A stretch of 42,567 bases of DNA. It comes from Planctomycetaceae bacterium. Its GTDB lineage: Bacteria > Planctomycetota > Planctomycetia > Pirellulales > Thermoguttaceae. The notes beneath the pieces are model-generated. The model was given only the letters and a program-made list of their open reading frames with translations, was not told the DNA's origin and made no database searches. The translations under genes were made by a program, and so were the position numbers. Of the stretch, positions 15,011 to 23,355 are shown piece by piece (position 1 is the stretch's first letter; each line of letters opens with the position of its first letter). The stretch lies in contig JAIRPZ010000140.1 of the NCBI GenBank assembly GCA_031256755.1, positions 1 to 42,567 on the forward strand. Direction: 5' to 3'.

Positions 15011-17440
15011 TTATTTCAGCACTTTCATGACAAATGCCAGAATTGCATCAGGATCGGAATCACGCGATAAACCGCCCATCGGTACGTATGCCCTGCGATC
15101 CGCCGTCAAACGAAGTTCCAAATGCTGCTTTTTTAATTTTTCCCGCAGTTGTTCCATCAACTTCGGCGAAACATAATCCATTACCGCATAACCGCTGTCA
15201 TTCGCCAAACCGCTCTCCAATTTGATCGTCCGTATCCGGTACGAATGAGCAAGCACACGGATTTGCGAATGAATCAGCAGACGCTTCACCTCTGCCGGAG
15301 GCGTGCCGAACCGATCCGATATTTCGTTACGTAAATCATCGCATTCTTCCAGCGTTGCCGTCCGCGTGAACCGCCGGTACAAATCAATTTTAATCCGCTG
15401 ATCCGCGGTATACGACACCGGTATCAACGCCGCACCGGGCAAATCAAGTTCCACGTCAATAACCGTTTTCGGCGGCATCTGTTTCAGCGTCCGCACCGCC
15501 GTTTCTAAAAACTGACAATACATTTCATAGCCGACCGCCGCAATATGTCCGCTCTGCTGCGTTCCCAAAATGTTGCCGGCTCCGCGTATTTCCAAGTCGC
15601 GCATCGCAATATGAAATCCGCTGCCGAGATGAGCATACTCTTCCACCGCCCGAAGACGCTTCAATGCCGTTGTATTGACGGACTGCGTCCGCGGCAGCAA
15701 AAGATAACAATAGGCCTGATGCTTGTACCGCCCGACACGCCCGCGAAGTTGATGCAAATCCGCCAAACCGTAATGGTCGGCTCCGTCTATGAATATCGTA
15801 TTCGCATTCGGAATATCAAGACCGCTTTCAATAATGGTCGTGCTGATCAGCATATCGAATTCATGATTCACAAAAGACCGCATGACGTTTTCCAGTTGTT
15901 CGTCCGGCATCTGTGCATGACCGATTCCGATACGGCATTCAGGAACAATGTCTTGCAGCCGGCGGGCGGTTTCATCAATATCATAAACACGATTGTGAAC
16001 GAAGTAAATCTGTCCGCTGCGGTCTAATTCCCGAAGAACCGCATGGCGGATCACGTCCTCGTTAAAACGGGTCACTCGCGTTTCCACAGCGAGCCGGTCT
16101 TCCGGCGGCGTTTCCAAGTTGGATATTTCCCGAATACCAAGCAGCGAAAAATGGAGCGTCCGGGGAATCGGCGTTGCCGTCATCGTCAGCACATCAACCG
16201 TTTCGCGGAACTGTTTCAGCCGTTCTTTGTGCGTCACTCCGAAACGCTGTTCTTCGTCAATGACAACAAGACCGAGATGAAGAAACTTTATGTCTTCCGA
16301 AACAATCCGGTGCGTGCCGATGACAATGTCGACTTTTCCCGACGCTATTTTTGCAACAATTTCTTTCTGTTCCTGTTTCGTTTGAAACCGGGAAAGAGCA
16401 GCAACCGTGACAGGAAATTCTTTCATCCGCTCGGCAAAGGTTCGGGCGTGCTGTTCTGCAAGGATCGTTGTCGGAACGAGAACGGCAACCTGATAACCGG
16501 CATCAACGGCTTTGAAAGCGGCACGAACGGCAACTTCTGTTTTTCCGAATCCGACATCGCCGCAGAGAAGACGATCCATCGGGCGAGGTTTTTCCATATC
16601 CTGCTTGACCGCTTCGATCGCAAGAAGTTGGTCATTCGTTTCACGGAACGGGAACCCTGCATCGAATTCTTTTTGCCAATGGGAATCCGGCGGAAAGGAT
16701 ATGCCGGGCTGTGCTTCGCGCCGGGCTTGCAGTGAAATCATTTCTTCGGCAAGATCAAAAACGGCTTCCTGGACCGCTTTCTTTTGCCGCAGCCAAAGTT
16801 GTCCGCCGATTTTTGCCAACTTCGGCTGATGTTTATTACCGGCAATGTATTTCTGTACGAGACCGATTTTGGAAATCGGAACGTACAATGCCTGCGAGTC
16901 GGCAAATTCGAGGTGCAGATGTTCTTCTTTCTGCTGTCCTTTGGTGAGGAGTTCGATTCCTTGAAACCGCGCGATGCCGTGTGCGGTATGCACAACGAGA
17001 TCGCCCGGCTTGAGATCAAGAAACGAATCAATCGCCTGACTTAACTGCCGCCGTTTCGGCTGCCGGCTGCCGGTACGTTCAAAGAGTTCCGAAGCGGAAA
17101 GGAGGAAAACCGGCACCTGATCTTTGCTGCCGGTGAATTGAAATCCTGCCGACAATCGTCCTTTCACGAACCGCAGACGGCTGCCGAGATGTCCGAGCAG
17201 TTCGGAGAGACGTTTGATTTCGGTATCGTCTGTACAAAAAATGACGATAGGAATGTTCGGATCGGTTTGTTCAAGTTCACGTTTAACGGTTTCGGGCGAA
17301 CCGCGGAAGCGTTCAACGGACAAAACCGGCAGGCGGGCGTGGATTTTTTCGGTTCCTTCATTCAGACAAGCGATCACTGCCGTCGGATGTTTCAGTATCC
17401 GCCGCATCACTTCCTGCGGTTCAAAAAGCGGGACAGGCAT
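15011..17440 (-). CDS. mfd: transcription-repair coupling factor Mfd, N-terminally short form
   Basis: RNAP-interaction motif KPGDLVVHTAHGIARFQGIE. Superfamily-2 translocase motifs CGDVGFGKTEVA, VIDEEQRFG, LTMTATPIPRT, GQIYFVHNRV and LHQLRGRVGR. A TRG-like and a C-terminal domain are also present. The start is either ATG 17440 or TTG 17497. Confidence 0.9.
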   Translation of the reverse strand: MPVPLFEPQEVMRRILKHPTAVIACLNEGTEKIHARLPVLSVERFRGSPETVKRELEQTDPNIPIVIFCTDDTEIKRLSELLGHLGSRLRFVKGRLSAGFQFTGSKDQVPVFLLSASELFERTGSRQPKRRQLSQAIDSFLDLKPGDLVVHTAHGIARFQGIELLTKGQQKEEHLHLEFADSQALYVPISKIGLVQKYIAGNKHQPKLAKIGGQLWLRQKKAVQEAVFDLAEEMISLQARREAQPGISFPPDSHWQKEFDAGFPFRETNDQLLAIEAVKQDMEKPRPMDRLLCGDVGFGKTEVAVRAAFKAVDAGYQVAVLVPTTILAEQHARTFAERMKEFPVTVAALSRFQTKQEQKEIVAKIASGKVDIVIGTHRIVSEDIKFLHLGLVVIDEEQRFGVTHKERLKQFRETVDVLTMTATPIPRTLHFSLLGIREISNLETPPEDRLAVETRVTRFNEDVIRHAVLRELDRSGQIYFVHNRVYDIDETARRLQDIVPECRIGIGHAQMPDEQLENVMRSFVNHEFDMLISTTIIESGLDIPNANTIFIDGADHYGLADLHQLRGRVGRYKHQAYCYLLLPRTQSVNTTALKRLRAVEEYAHLGSGFHIAMRDLEIRGAGNILGTQQSGHIAAVGYEMYCQFLETAVRTLKQMPPKTVIDVELDLPGAALIPVSYTADQRIKIDLYRRFTRTATLEECDDLRNEISDRFGTPPAEVKRLLIHSQIRVLAHSYRIRTIKLESGLANDSGYAVMDYVSPKLMEQLREKLKKQHLELRLTADRRAYVPMGGLSRDSDPDAILAFVMKVLK

Positions 17441-17446
17441 AAAGAT

Positions 17447-17452
17447 ATTGTA
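17447..17452 (-). promoter_or_regulatory. possible -10 box TACAAT 6 nt upstream of mfd ATG 17440 (leaderless arrangement)
   Basis: The minus strand reads cccgcTACAATatctttATG. No convincing -35 is present. Confidence 0.25.
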
Positions 17453-17561
17453 GCGGGAAATCCGCAAAACGGGGGTATGCGCCGCGCCGATTGACAACGA
17501 CTGCGTTTTCGGCTCCTGATGATTCTGTTGAAGAGTAACTGCCGTATACGGTTTGACTTCT

Positions 17562-17606
17562 CTATTTCCTAATTTTCAATTTTCTATTATCAATGATCAA
17601 TTCTTT
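17562..17606. repeat. AT-type heptad repeat H4 in the mfd/cbiX-like divergent region
   Basis: The in-phase heptads ATTTTCA ATTTTCT ATTATCA ATGATCA ATTCTTT (17571-17605) use the same units as 13090-13131. Confidence 0.6.
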
Positions 17607-17665
17607 CCGCTTGTCCGGCGCGGACTGCCTGCCCCTGCCTCCCCCCTTTCCGAAAGTTTTATCAC

Positions 17666-17674
17666 TGATATAAT
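17666..17674 (+). promoter_or_regulatory. extended -10 promoter TGaTATAAT for the CbiX-like gene
   Basis: Exact TGnTATAAT match, 90 nt upstream of ATG 17764. Confidence 0.45.
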
Positions 17675-17763
17675 ACTTGACCGTTAAAAGTCATTTTGAC
17701 AAACAAACACTGAAAGATCAAACACATGGCCTCTGCGGCACAAATTGGAAAGGAACGATTACA

Positions 17764-18723
17764 ATGACATTATTACTCCGCCCCCTTTTGCATCAAACGA
17801 TCTCCGTTTTTACTTTTATGGCAGTGATGGCCGCCGTATTTGCTCTTCCGGCATTTGCCGGGGCTGCCGAGAATGACAGCAAGCCCGGCTTACTCATTCT
17901 GACACACGGTGCGCCGTCGCCGAAGTGGGCGGCATCCATCAAAACGTTTGCCGAAAAGACGGCCGCTCTTAATGAAACAAAAAAGACGTTTCATGCAGTG
18001 ACCGCTGCCAATATGGAATTTGCCAAACCCGATGCCGCTGACGGTATCAAATTGCTGGAAGAAGCGGGCTGCGACCGCATTGTCGTTGTTCCGGCATTTA
18101 TTTGCCCCACGTCGCACACACATTTTGACGTTCCCGCTTCGCTTGGTCTTTACACCTCGCCGTCAATCCGCAAAACGATGGCGGAAGAAAATATCAAGCC
18201 GGCCAAACCGAAAGTTCCGGTTATTGTTACACAAACGATCAGCGAAGGGGACTTGCTCGACAAATTTGTCCGGGACGAAATTGCCGCACTTTCGGAAACT
18301 CCGGCAGACGAAGCGGTTCTGCTGATTGCCCACGGCGATGAACAGCATGCCGGGTTGGTTGAGCCGGTCATGCGGCGGTTGCTGGTCGAGGCGGTCGGCA
18401 GTAAAGGAATCACGCTCGGCGATTGGGCGTTCTGCGAAGTCGGACAATCGTACCGGCAAAATGTTGTTCCGGTCATTCAGGAAATGGCAAAGAACCGCAA
18501 GCGGGTTTTGGTAGTCGGTTTTTACTTGGTTTCTTCGGCGAAGTCGATTACCAATGCCGGTTTGAAAACGGGAGCAAGACCGGCAGGATACGGCACCGGT
18601 GCGAATACTGACGCACCTAAAGACCCGTTTGAGGGTATTGATGTTCGTTTTTCGGAAAAAGGAGTGATCGATCATCCTTATGCGCCGCAATGGGTTCTGC
18701 AAACGGCAAGCGATGCCCTGTAG
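17764..18723 (+). CDS. exported two-domain CbiX/CbiK-like chelatase-fold protein
   Basis: Signal peptide MTLLLRPLL...AVFALPAFAGAAE. First half: LLILTHGAP...VVVPAFICPTSHTHFDVP, matching the CbiX pattern P-F-L-x-G-x-H-x-x-D-I-P. Second half: VLLIAHGDEQH...VVGFYLVSS. Start moved from TTG 17677 to ATG 17764. Confidence 0.65.
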   Translation: MTLLLRPLLHQTISVFTFMAVMAAVFALPAFAGAAENDSKPGLLILTHGAPSPKWAASIKTFAEKTAALNETKKTFHAVTAANMEFAKPDAADGIKLLEEAGCDRIVVVPAFICPTSHTHFDVPASLGLYTSPSIRKTMAEENIKPAKPKVPVIVTQTISEGDLLDKFVRDEIAALSETPADEAVLLIAHGDEQHAGLVEPVMRRLLVEAVGSKGITLGDWAFCEVGQSYRQNVVPVIQEMAKNRKRVLVVGFYLVSSAKSITNAGLKTGARPAGYGTGANTDAPKDPFEGIDVRFSEKGVIDHPYAPQWVLQTASDAL

Positions 18724-18811
18724 CAGTATATTGGATGTCCGGTCAGGCATTTCGCACATTCGGCAACTGCCGGCAAAGCGTTATTTTTAGCCGTTGGATT
18801 TTTTTCTGCAT

Positions 18812-18820
18812 TGGTATAAA
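18812..18820 (+). promoter_or_regulatory. extended -10 promoter TGgTATAAA upstream of the propeller/cytochrome gene
   Basis: TGGTATAAA lies about 140 nt upstream of ATG 18963. Confidence 0.35.
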
Positions 18821-18962
18821 ATAGCGTCCGTTCAGTTGCCAGTCCTTTTGCGTATTGCTCGCATATTTATGCGGGGGGGCTGCATCACGGACAATCCGTA
18901 ATAATCCATTGCGGACACAATAAAAAACGGTAAAATAAGACGCAAATAATTGAAAAGAATAC

Positions 18963-21900
18963 ATGCCCTGTCCCATCATGACTGCAAAATGGAATCTTCT
19001 GTGTTATCCGTTTCTGTCTGCCTTTTTCTGGCTGACGCTGACATTCACCGCCGCAGCAGGTTTCACCGAGCGGGTACAGCAGGATTGGCTGCGGCAAGAT
19101 ACCGCCGAACCGGAAAAAATATTTACAGATACCGCCGGAAACGCCGCCGAAGTCAAAATGCTCCGAAAAGTGTTGGACGAACTCGGCAGTCATGCCGGCA
19201 CCTTCACCGCAAAACTGAAAGAATTGCAGGAACAGAACGTACCCGCAAATGACCCGCAATGGAAAAAACTTTATTTCGATGCCTGCACCGAACGGCGGAA
19301 ACAACGTCTCCAAATCGTCCGCCAAACCTGTCCGGTCATCGTTTATGCCAAACACGACATCCTCGGCGGGTCGCATTATTCCTACACCGAATCCCCCAGC
19401 GATGCCCAATACCGCGACCGGAAGATTCTGCCCGGCGGACAAATCGTTTCGCTGACCGTCAATGAAGACGGAACTCTGACCGAAAAAGTTCTCGCAGAAG
19501 CCCCGAAAAACGGTACTCTCCGCGACCCGGACGTTTCCTTCGACGGAAAAACCGTTGTCTTTTCAATGCGGAATGATATAGATAAAGACGATTATCATCT
19601 TTACGATTATCATATCGAAACCGGCAACGTCAGGCAGTTGACTTTCGGCAGCGGCTTTGCCGATATTGAACCCTGCTGTCTTCCTGACGGCGATATTATT
19701 TTTCCGTCCACGCGGTGTATGCAGATTGTCGATTGCTGGTGGACAGATGTCGTGAATCTTTACTGCTGCGATAAAGACGGACGTTTTCTGCGGCGGCTCA
19801 CTTTTGACCAGGTTCATACCAATTATCCGAAAGTCCTGCCTGACGGACGCATCATCTATACCCGCTGGGATTACAACGACCGGGGACAAATCTTTCCGCA
19901 CGGTCTTTTTGTGATGAATGCAGACGGTACCGCTCAAACCGCTTATTACGGCAACAATTCATGGTTTCCGACTTCGATTCTCCACGCACGGGGGATTCCG
20001 AATTCCAAAAAAGTGGTTGCTATTGCCAGCGGTCATCATACCTTGCAGCACGGAAAACTTATCGTGATTGACCGCGGCAAAGGAACAGAAGAAAATACCG
20101 GCGTTCAGTTAATCGCTCCGGTTCGGGAAACGAAGTCCGAGAGAATTGATACCTACGGACAGAAAGGCGAACTGTTTCAATATCCGCTTCCGCTTGACGA
20201 GGAAAATTTCATCGTTGCTTACAATGTTCTTCCGCCGTCCGGCACCGGCGGGCAGAAAGGACTGCATTATACCGGCTGGCTGAAGGGACTGTATTATATG
20301 GATGCGGACAACCGCAAACGGGAACTGCTGGCATTTGACCCCGGAACGCATTGCGGACAGCCGGTACCGCTGCAAGCGAGGGAAGTGCCGATGCAGCGGG
20401 TTTCATCCGTTGATGAGCATCAAAAAACCGGTACGTATTATGTGCAGGACGTTTATACCGGTCCCGGTTTGCAAGGCGTTGAACGGGGAACAATCAAGGA
20501 ATTGCGGATAACCGCTTTGCAGTACCGTGCGGCAGGCATCGGCAAGAATTCCAACGTTGATACCGGCAAAACACACACAGGCGTGAACGGACATTTCCTT
20601 GCCGGTGCAGCGATGGTTTCAACACCGGTTTCGGTCGGCAACGGTTCGTGGGACGTGAAACAGGTACTCGGAACGGTGCCGGTGGAAGCGGACGGTTCGG
20701 CGTTTTTCGAGGTTCCCGCAAAGACACCGGTTTATTTTCAACTTCTGAACGAGCGGGGAGAAACGGTGCAAACGATGCGGAGTTGGTCCACCTTGCAGCC
20801 CGGCGAACAGCAAAGTTGTTTCGGCTGCCACGAAGACAAAAACACGACGGTCAACAATCCGATGACCGGCGGTTCGCTTCGGACATTAGCGTTACGAAAA
20901 TCGCCGCGCAAACCGAAACCGGTCGAAGGTGTTGACCCGCAAACCGGATTCAGTTACGGCAAAACGATTCAGCGGATTTTAGACGCAAAATGTGTGCAGT
21001 GTCATACCGGCGGTCAAAAAGAAGACGGTTCGCCGCTGCCGTTCAGTTTGCTGGCGAATGAGGCGGTTTATCCGCAGAAAGCCGACCTGAAACGGGGCGT
21101 TTTGACGGATGACACGGCACTCCGCCGTTTTTCGGAATCCTACATGAATCTGACGCATTGGGGCAAGCCGGACGACATTGTGAACTGGGCGGGAGTGCAG
21201 ACAACGCCGCAAATGCTGCCGCCGTATTTTGCCGGAGCGTGCAAAAGCAAACTGCTGACCATGTTCGAAAAAGGAAAGCAATCGGACGTTCATAAAGATG
21301 TTGTTTTGACGGAAAAGGAACGAAAATTGTTTGCGCTGTGGATTGACTTGGCGGTCCCGTTTTGCGGTTCGTACACAGAAGCGGAACGGTGGTCGCCGCA
21401 GGAAAAAGCGGAATATGCGTACTATCAGATGAAGCGGGACAAAATGGCGGCCATCGCTGAAGAAAATGCGATGCGCCGGCAGCAATACCGGAACGGTGAA
21501 ACGGAACTGCCGCCGGTTGAAAGTTTTCCGCAATTTACTGACGGCGGCGTTGAACAGAAAAAAGAGTTTATGGAAAAATACTTGCAGCAGCGGAAGGCAT
21601 TGCCGGTTATCAACAGGAAAAGCGGGGCGGAAAACATTTACCGCAATCTTGCGCTGAATCCGGGCAGCACTTCGGGCGAGCCGGCATCTTATCCGTATGC
21701 AGTTTCCAACAGCGAATATGCCGGTATGGATTGCTTTGCTGCCTGCAACGTGATTGACGGCAAGCGGGACAACAAAGGACATGGCAATCGGTTTCCTTCG
21801 TGGGGACCGCACAAGCGGACGGACTTAACGTTGACGATTGATTTCGGGCGTTTGGTGGAAATTGACAAAGCGGTCATTTGGATTCGGGCGGATTTTCCGC

Positions 21901-22139
21901 ATGATACTGCTTGGAAATCCGGTAAAATCAAATTTTCGGACGGTTCGGAAACGGACATTGCTTTGACGAAAACGGCGGAACCGCAAACGTTCACGTTTCC
22001 GAAACGGCGGGTCAGGTCGTTAACTTTTACGGACTTGGTGCAGGAGTTCCCTCTCGGCTGGGCGGGTTTTACGGAAGTCGAGATTTGGGGAACCGATGCT
22101 GATACCGGTACTGATGAGATGCCGGAAACCGCAAAATAG
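18963..22139 (+). CDS. exported TolB-like beta-propeller protein with two c-type haem motifs (HzsA-like architecture) and a C-terminal discoidin/CBM-like domain
   Basis: Signal-like N-terminus. PD40-type repeats (DPDVSFDGKTVVFSM..., YHLYDYHIETGNVRQLTF, PCCLPDGDIIFPSTR, PKVLPDGRIIYTRWDY). CxxCH motifs at 20817-20831 (CFGCH) and 20991-21005 (CVQCH). The C-terminal NVIDGKRDNKGHGNRFPSWGP...FTEVEIWG looks like a jelly-roll domain. Confidence 0.7.
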   Translation: MPCPIMTAKWNLLCYPFLSAFFWLTLTFTAAAGFTERVQQDWLRQDTAEPEKIFTDTAGNAAEVKMLRKVLDELGSHAGTFTAKLKELQEQNVPANDPQWKKLYFDACTERRKQRLQIVRQTCPVIVYAKHDILGGSHYSYTESPSDAQYRDRKILPGGQIVSLTVNEDGTLTEKVLAEAPKNGTLRDPDVSFDGKTVVFSMRNDIDKDDYHLYDYHIETGNVRQLTFGSGFADIEPCCLPDGDIIFPSTRCMQIVDCWWTDVVNLYCCDKDGRFLRRLTFDQVHTNYPKVLPDGRIIYTRWDYNDRGQIFPHGLFVMNADGTAQTAYYGNNSWFPTSILHARGIPNSKKVVAIASGHHTLQHGKLIVIDRGKGTEENTGVQLIAPVRETKSERIDTYGQKGELFQYPLPLDEENFIVAYNVLPPSGTGGQKGLHYTGWLKGLYYMDADNRKRELLAFDPGTHCGQPVPLQAREVPMQRVSSVDEHQKTGTYYVQDVYTGPGLQGVERGTIKELRITALQYRAAGIGKNSNVDTGKTHTGVNGHFLAGAAMVSTPVSVGNGSWDVKQVLGTVPVEADGSAFFEVPAKTPVYFQLLNERGETVQTMRSWSTLQPGEQQSCFGCHEDKNTTVNNPMTGGSLRTLALRKSPRKPKPVEGVDPQTGFSYGKTIQRILDAKCVQCHTGGQKEDGSPLPFSLLANEAVYPQKADLKRGVLTDDTALRRFSESYMNLTHWGKPDDIVNWAGVQTTPQMLPPYFAGACKSKLLTMFEKGKQSDVHKDVVLTEKERKLFALWIDLAVPFCGSYTEAERWSPQEKAEYAYYQMKRDKMAAIAEENAMRRQQYRNGETELPPVESFPQFTDGGVEQKKEFMEKYLQQRKALPVINRKSGAENIYRNLALNPGSTSGEPASYPYAVSNSEYAGMDCFAACNVIDGKRDNKGHGNRFPSWGPHKRTDLTLTIDFGRLVEIDKAVIWIRADFPHDTAWKSGKIKFSDGSETDIALTKTAEPQTFTFPKRRVRSLTFTDLVQEFPLGWAGFTEVEIWGTDADTGTDEMPETAK

Positions 22140-22596
22140 GGGCGTGTATTCCGCATGATATGTTGTTTGCCTCCTCCCCCTTTGCAAATGTTTTGTGATT
22201 AGCATAATGTTTTTTAATTAAATGTTTTCAATTATTTCAAATATTTACCCGAACAAGAAAAATGCGGAAAAAGACACCGGCGCAAATGTAGGATTGCAAA
22301 CCATTCACAAAAGGAAGTAAGCACAGCAATACAGAAAGGATCCTACCTTATGCACAAATTATTATCATCAGTTCCCTCACGGCAATCCTTCTCCTTGCGG
22401 CAGGATATTTGACATACCGGTCATTTCGTCCGGTGCCGAAACCGGCATCGGTTCCCTTAACAACGGATGTTGTCATTCAACAGCGAATCGATAAGCAAGC
22501 CGGATCGCTGCAAAGACAATCCCTCAAAAAATCATAGAAACGCTCGATAAGAGGGAGTTTTACAAATGACCCGGTGCGGCTATCGGACATGAAGAG

Positions 22597-23295
22597 ATGC
22601 GGGAGTTGGACAATCCGGGCAGTTTTGAAAAGAGTTGTTATCGATCTCATCAGATTAACACAGAGAAAGTTCTCGCTAACCGTGTTTTCCGCAAGTGTTT
22701 GCAGGATTTGCAAACACTGTCCCATGCCGAAGCGTCCAAAATCGTCATCAAGGACATTCAGAAAACGCTCGTGCCGTATCAAAAAGAGTATGATTGGTAC
22801 ATTCACTCCTACCTGCAATACCCGGAAGCAACAACCGTTATGGTTCAATATACCAAAAATGGCTCACCGGCATTACCCTGTTTCCGTTATAAATTGTTCG
22901 CTCTGTGTCTCATTGCCGGAACACTGGAACTGACCGATGTCCGCCCGACCATTTTGCAACTTGCAGAATTAGCGGAAAAGCAGAAAGCCGAAATCAAAAA
23001 ATTGCAGCGGACGTTAGCGGAATTTTCCTTCGCAACATCACTTGCATTAGGCAACAATCAGATTCTTGCGGCGGCACTCTACGGAACGTGTCCGAACAAA
23101 GACAAGTTAGCAGCATTTGTCCCCCGCTATCAAAACAAGCAAATCGTGGACTTTGAAGCACCGGCAACAGAGTATGATAGGCTCGTCAAAGACGGTATGC
23201 TAAAACTGATACCGGCAAAGGATTTTATTACCGTTTGGCTGTTTGACACGATCACCAACGCCGACTTCGCCGAAATATACCGCCTTGCGAAGTAA
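22597..23295 (+). CDS. hypothetical protein (ORFan, 232 aa)
   Basis: Longest ORF in a locally AT-richer stretch, with balanced K/E-rich, protein-like composition. I recognise no motif. Overlapping ORFs in other frames look like shadows. Confidence 0.5.
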   Translation: MRELDNPGSFEKSCYRSHQINTEKVLANRVFRKCLQDLQTLSHAEASKIVIKDIQKTLVPYQKEYDWYIHSYLQYPEATTVMVQYTKNGSPALPCFRYKLFALCLIAGTLELTDVRPTILQLAELAEKQKAEIKKLQRTLAEFSFATSLALGNNQILAAALYGTCPNKDKLAAFVPRYQNKQIVDFEAPATEYDRLVKDGMLKLIPAKDFITVWLFDTITNADFAEIYRLAK

Positions 23296-23355
23296 ATACA
23301 GACGAGTCCGCTGCGTCGTTTTGGCGGTCTTAACGCGGAAACATTCTGTAACCCA

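Noticed and set aside
17585-17603. Fur box in the cbiX-like promoter region and in the GATAAT-rich arm at 39015-39038.
   Set aside because: The GATAAT/ATTATC hexamers resemble Fur-box units. The best alignment to GATAATGATAATCATTATC needs an inserted base (AATGATCAAT against AATGATAAT). The same units occur at terminator-like positions with no metal-related genes nearby. This is kept only as a weak note inside a finding.
22477-22848. 123-aa minus-strand ORF and 119-aa plus-strand ORF (22574..22933) overlapping the 5' part of the 232-aa ORFan.
   Set aside because: Both are shorter than the 232-aa frame, and their translations are Cys/Arg-rich or Leu/Phe/Cys-rich and unprotein-like. I kept the 232-aa ORF as the most plausible call, at moderate confidence only.
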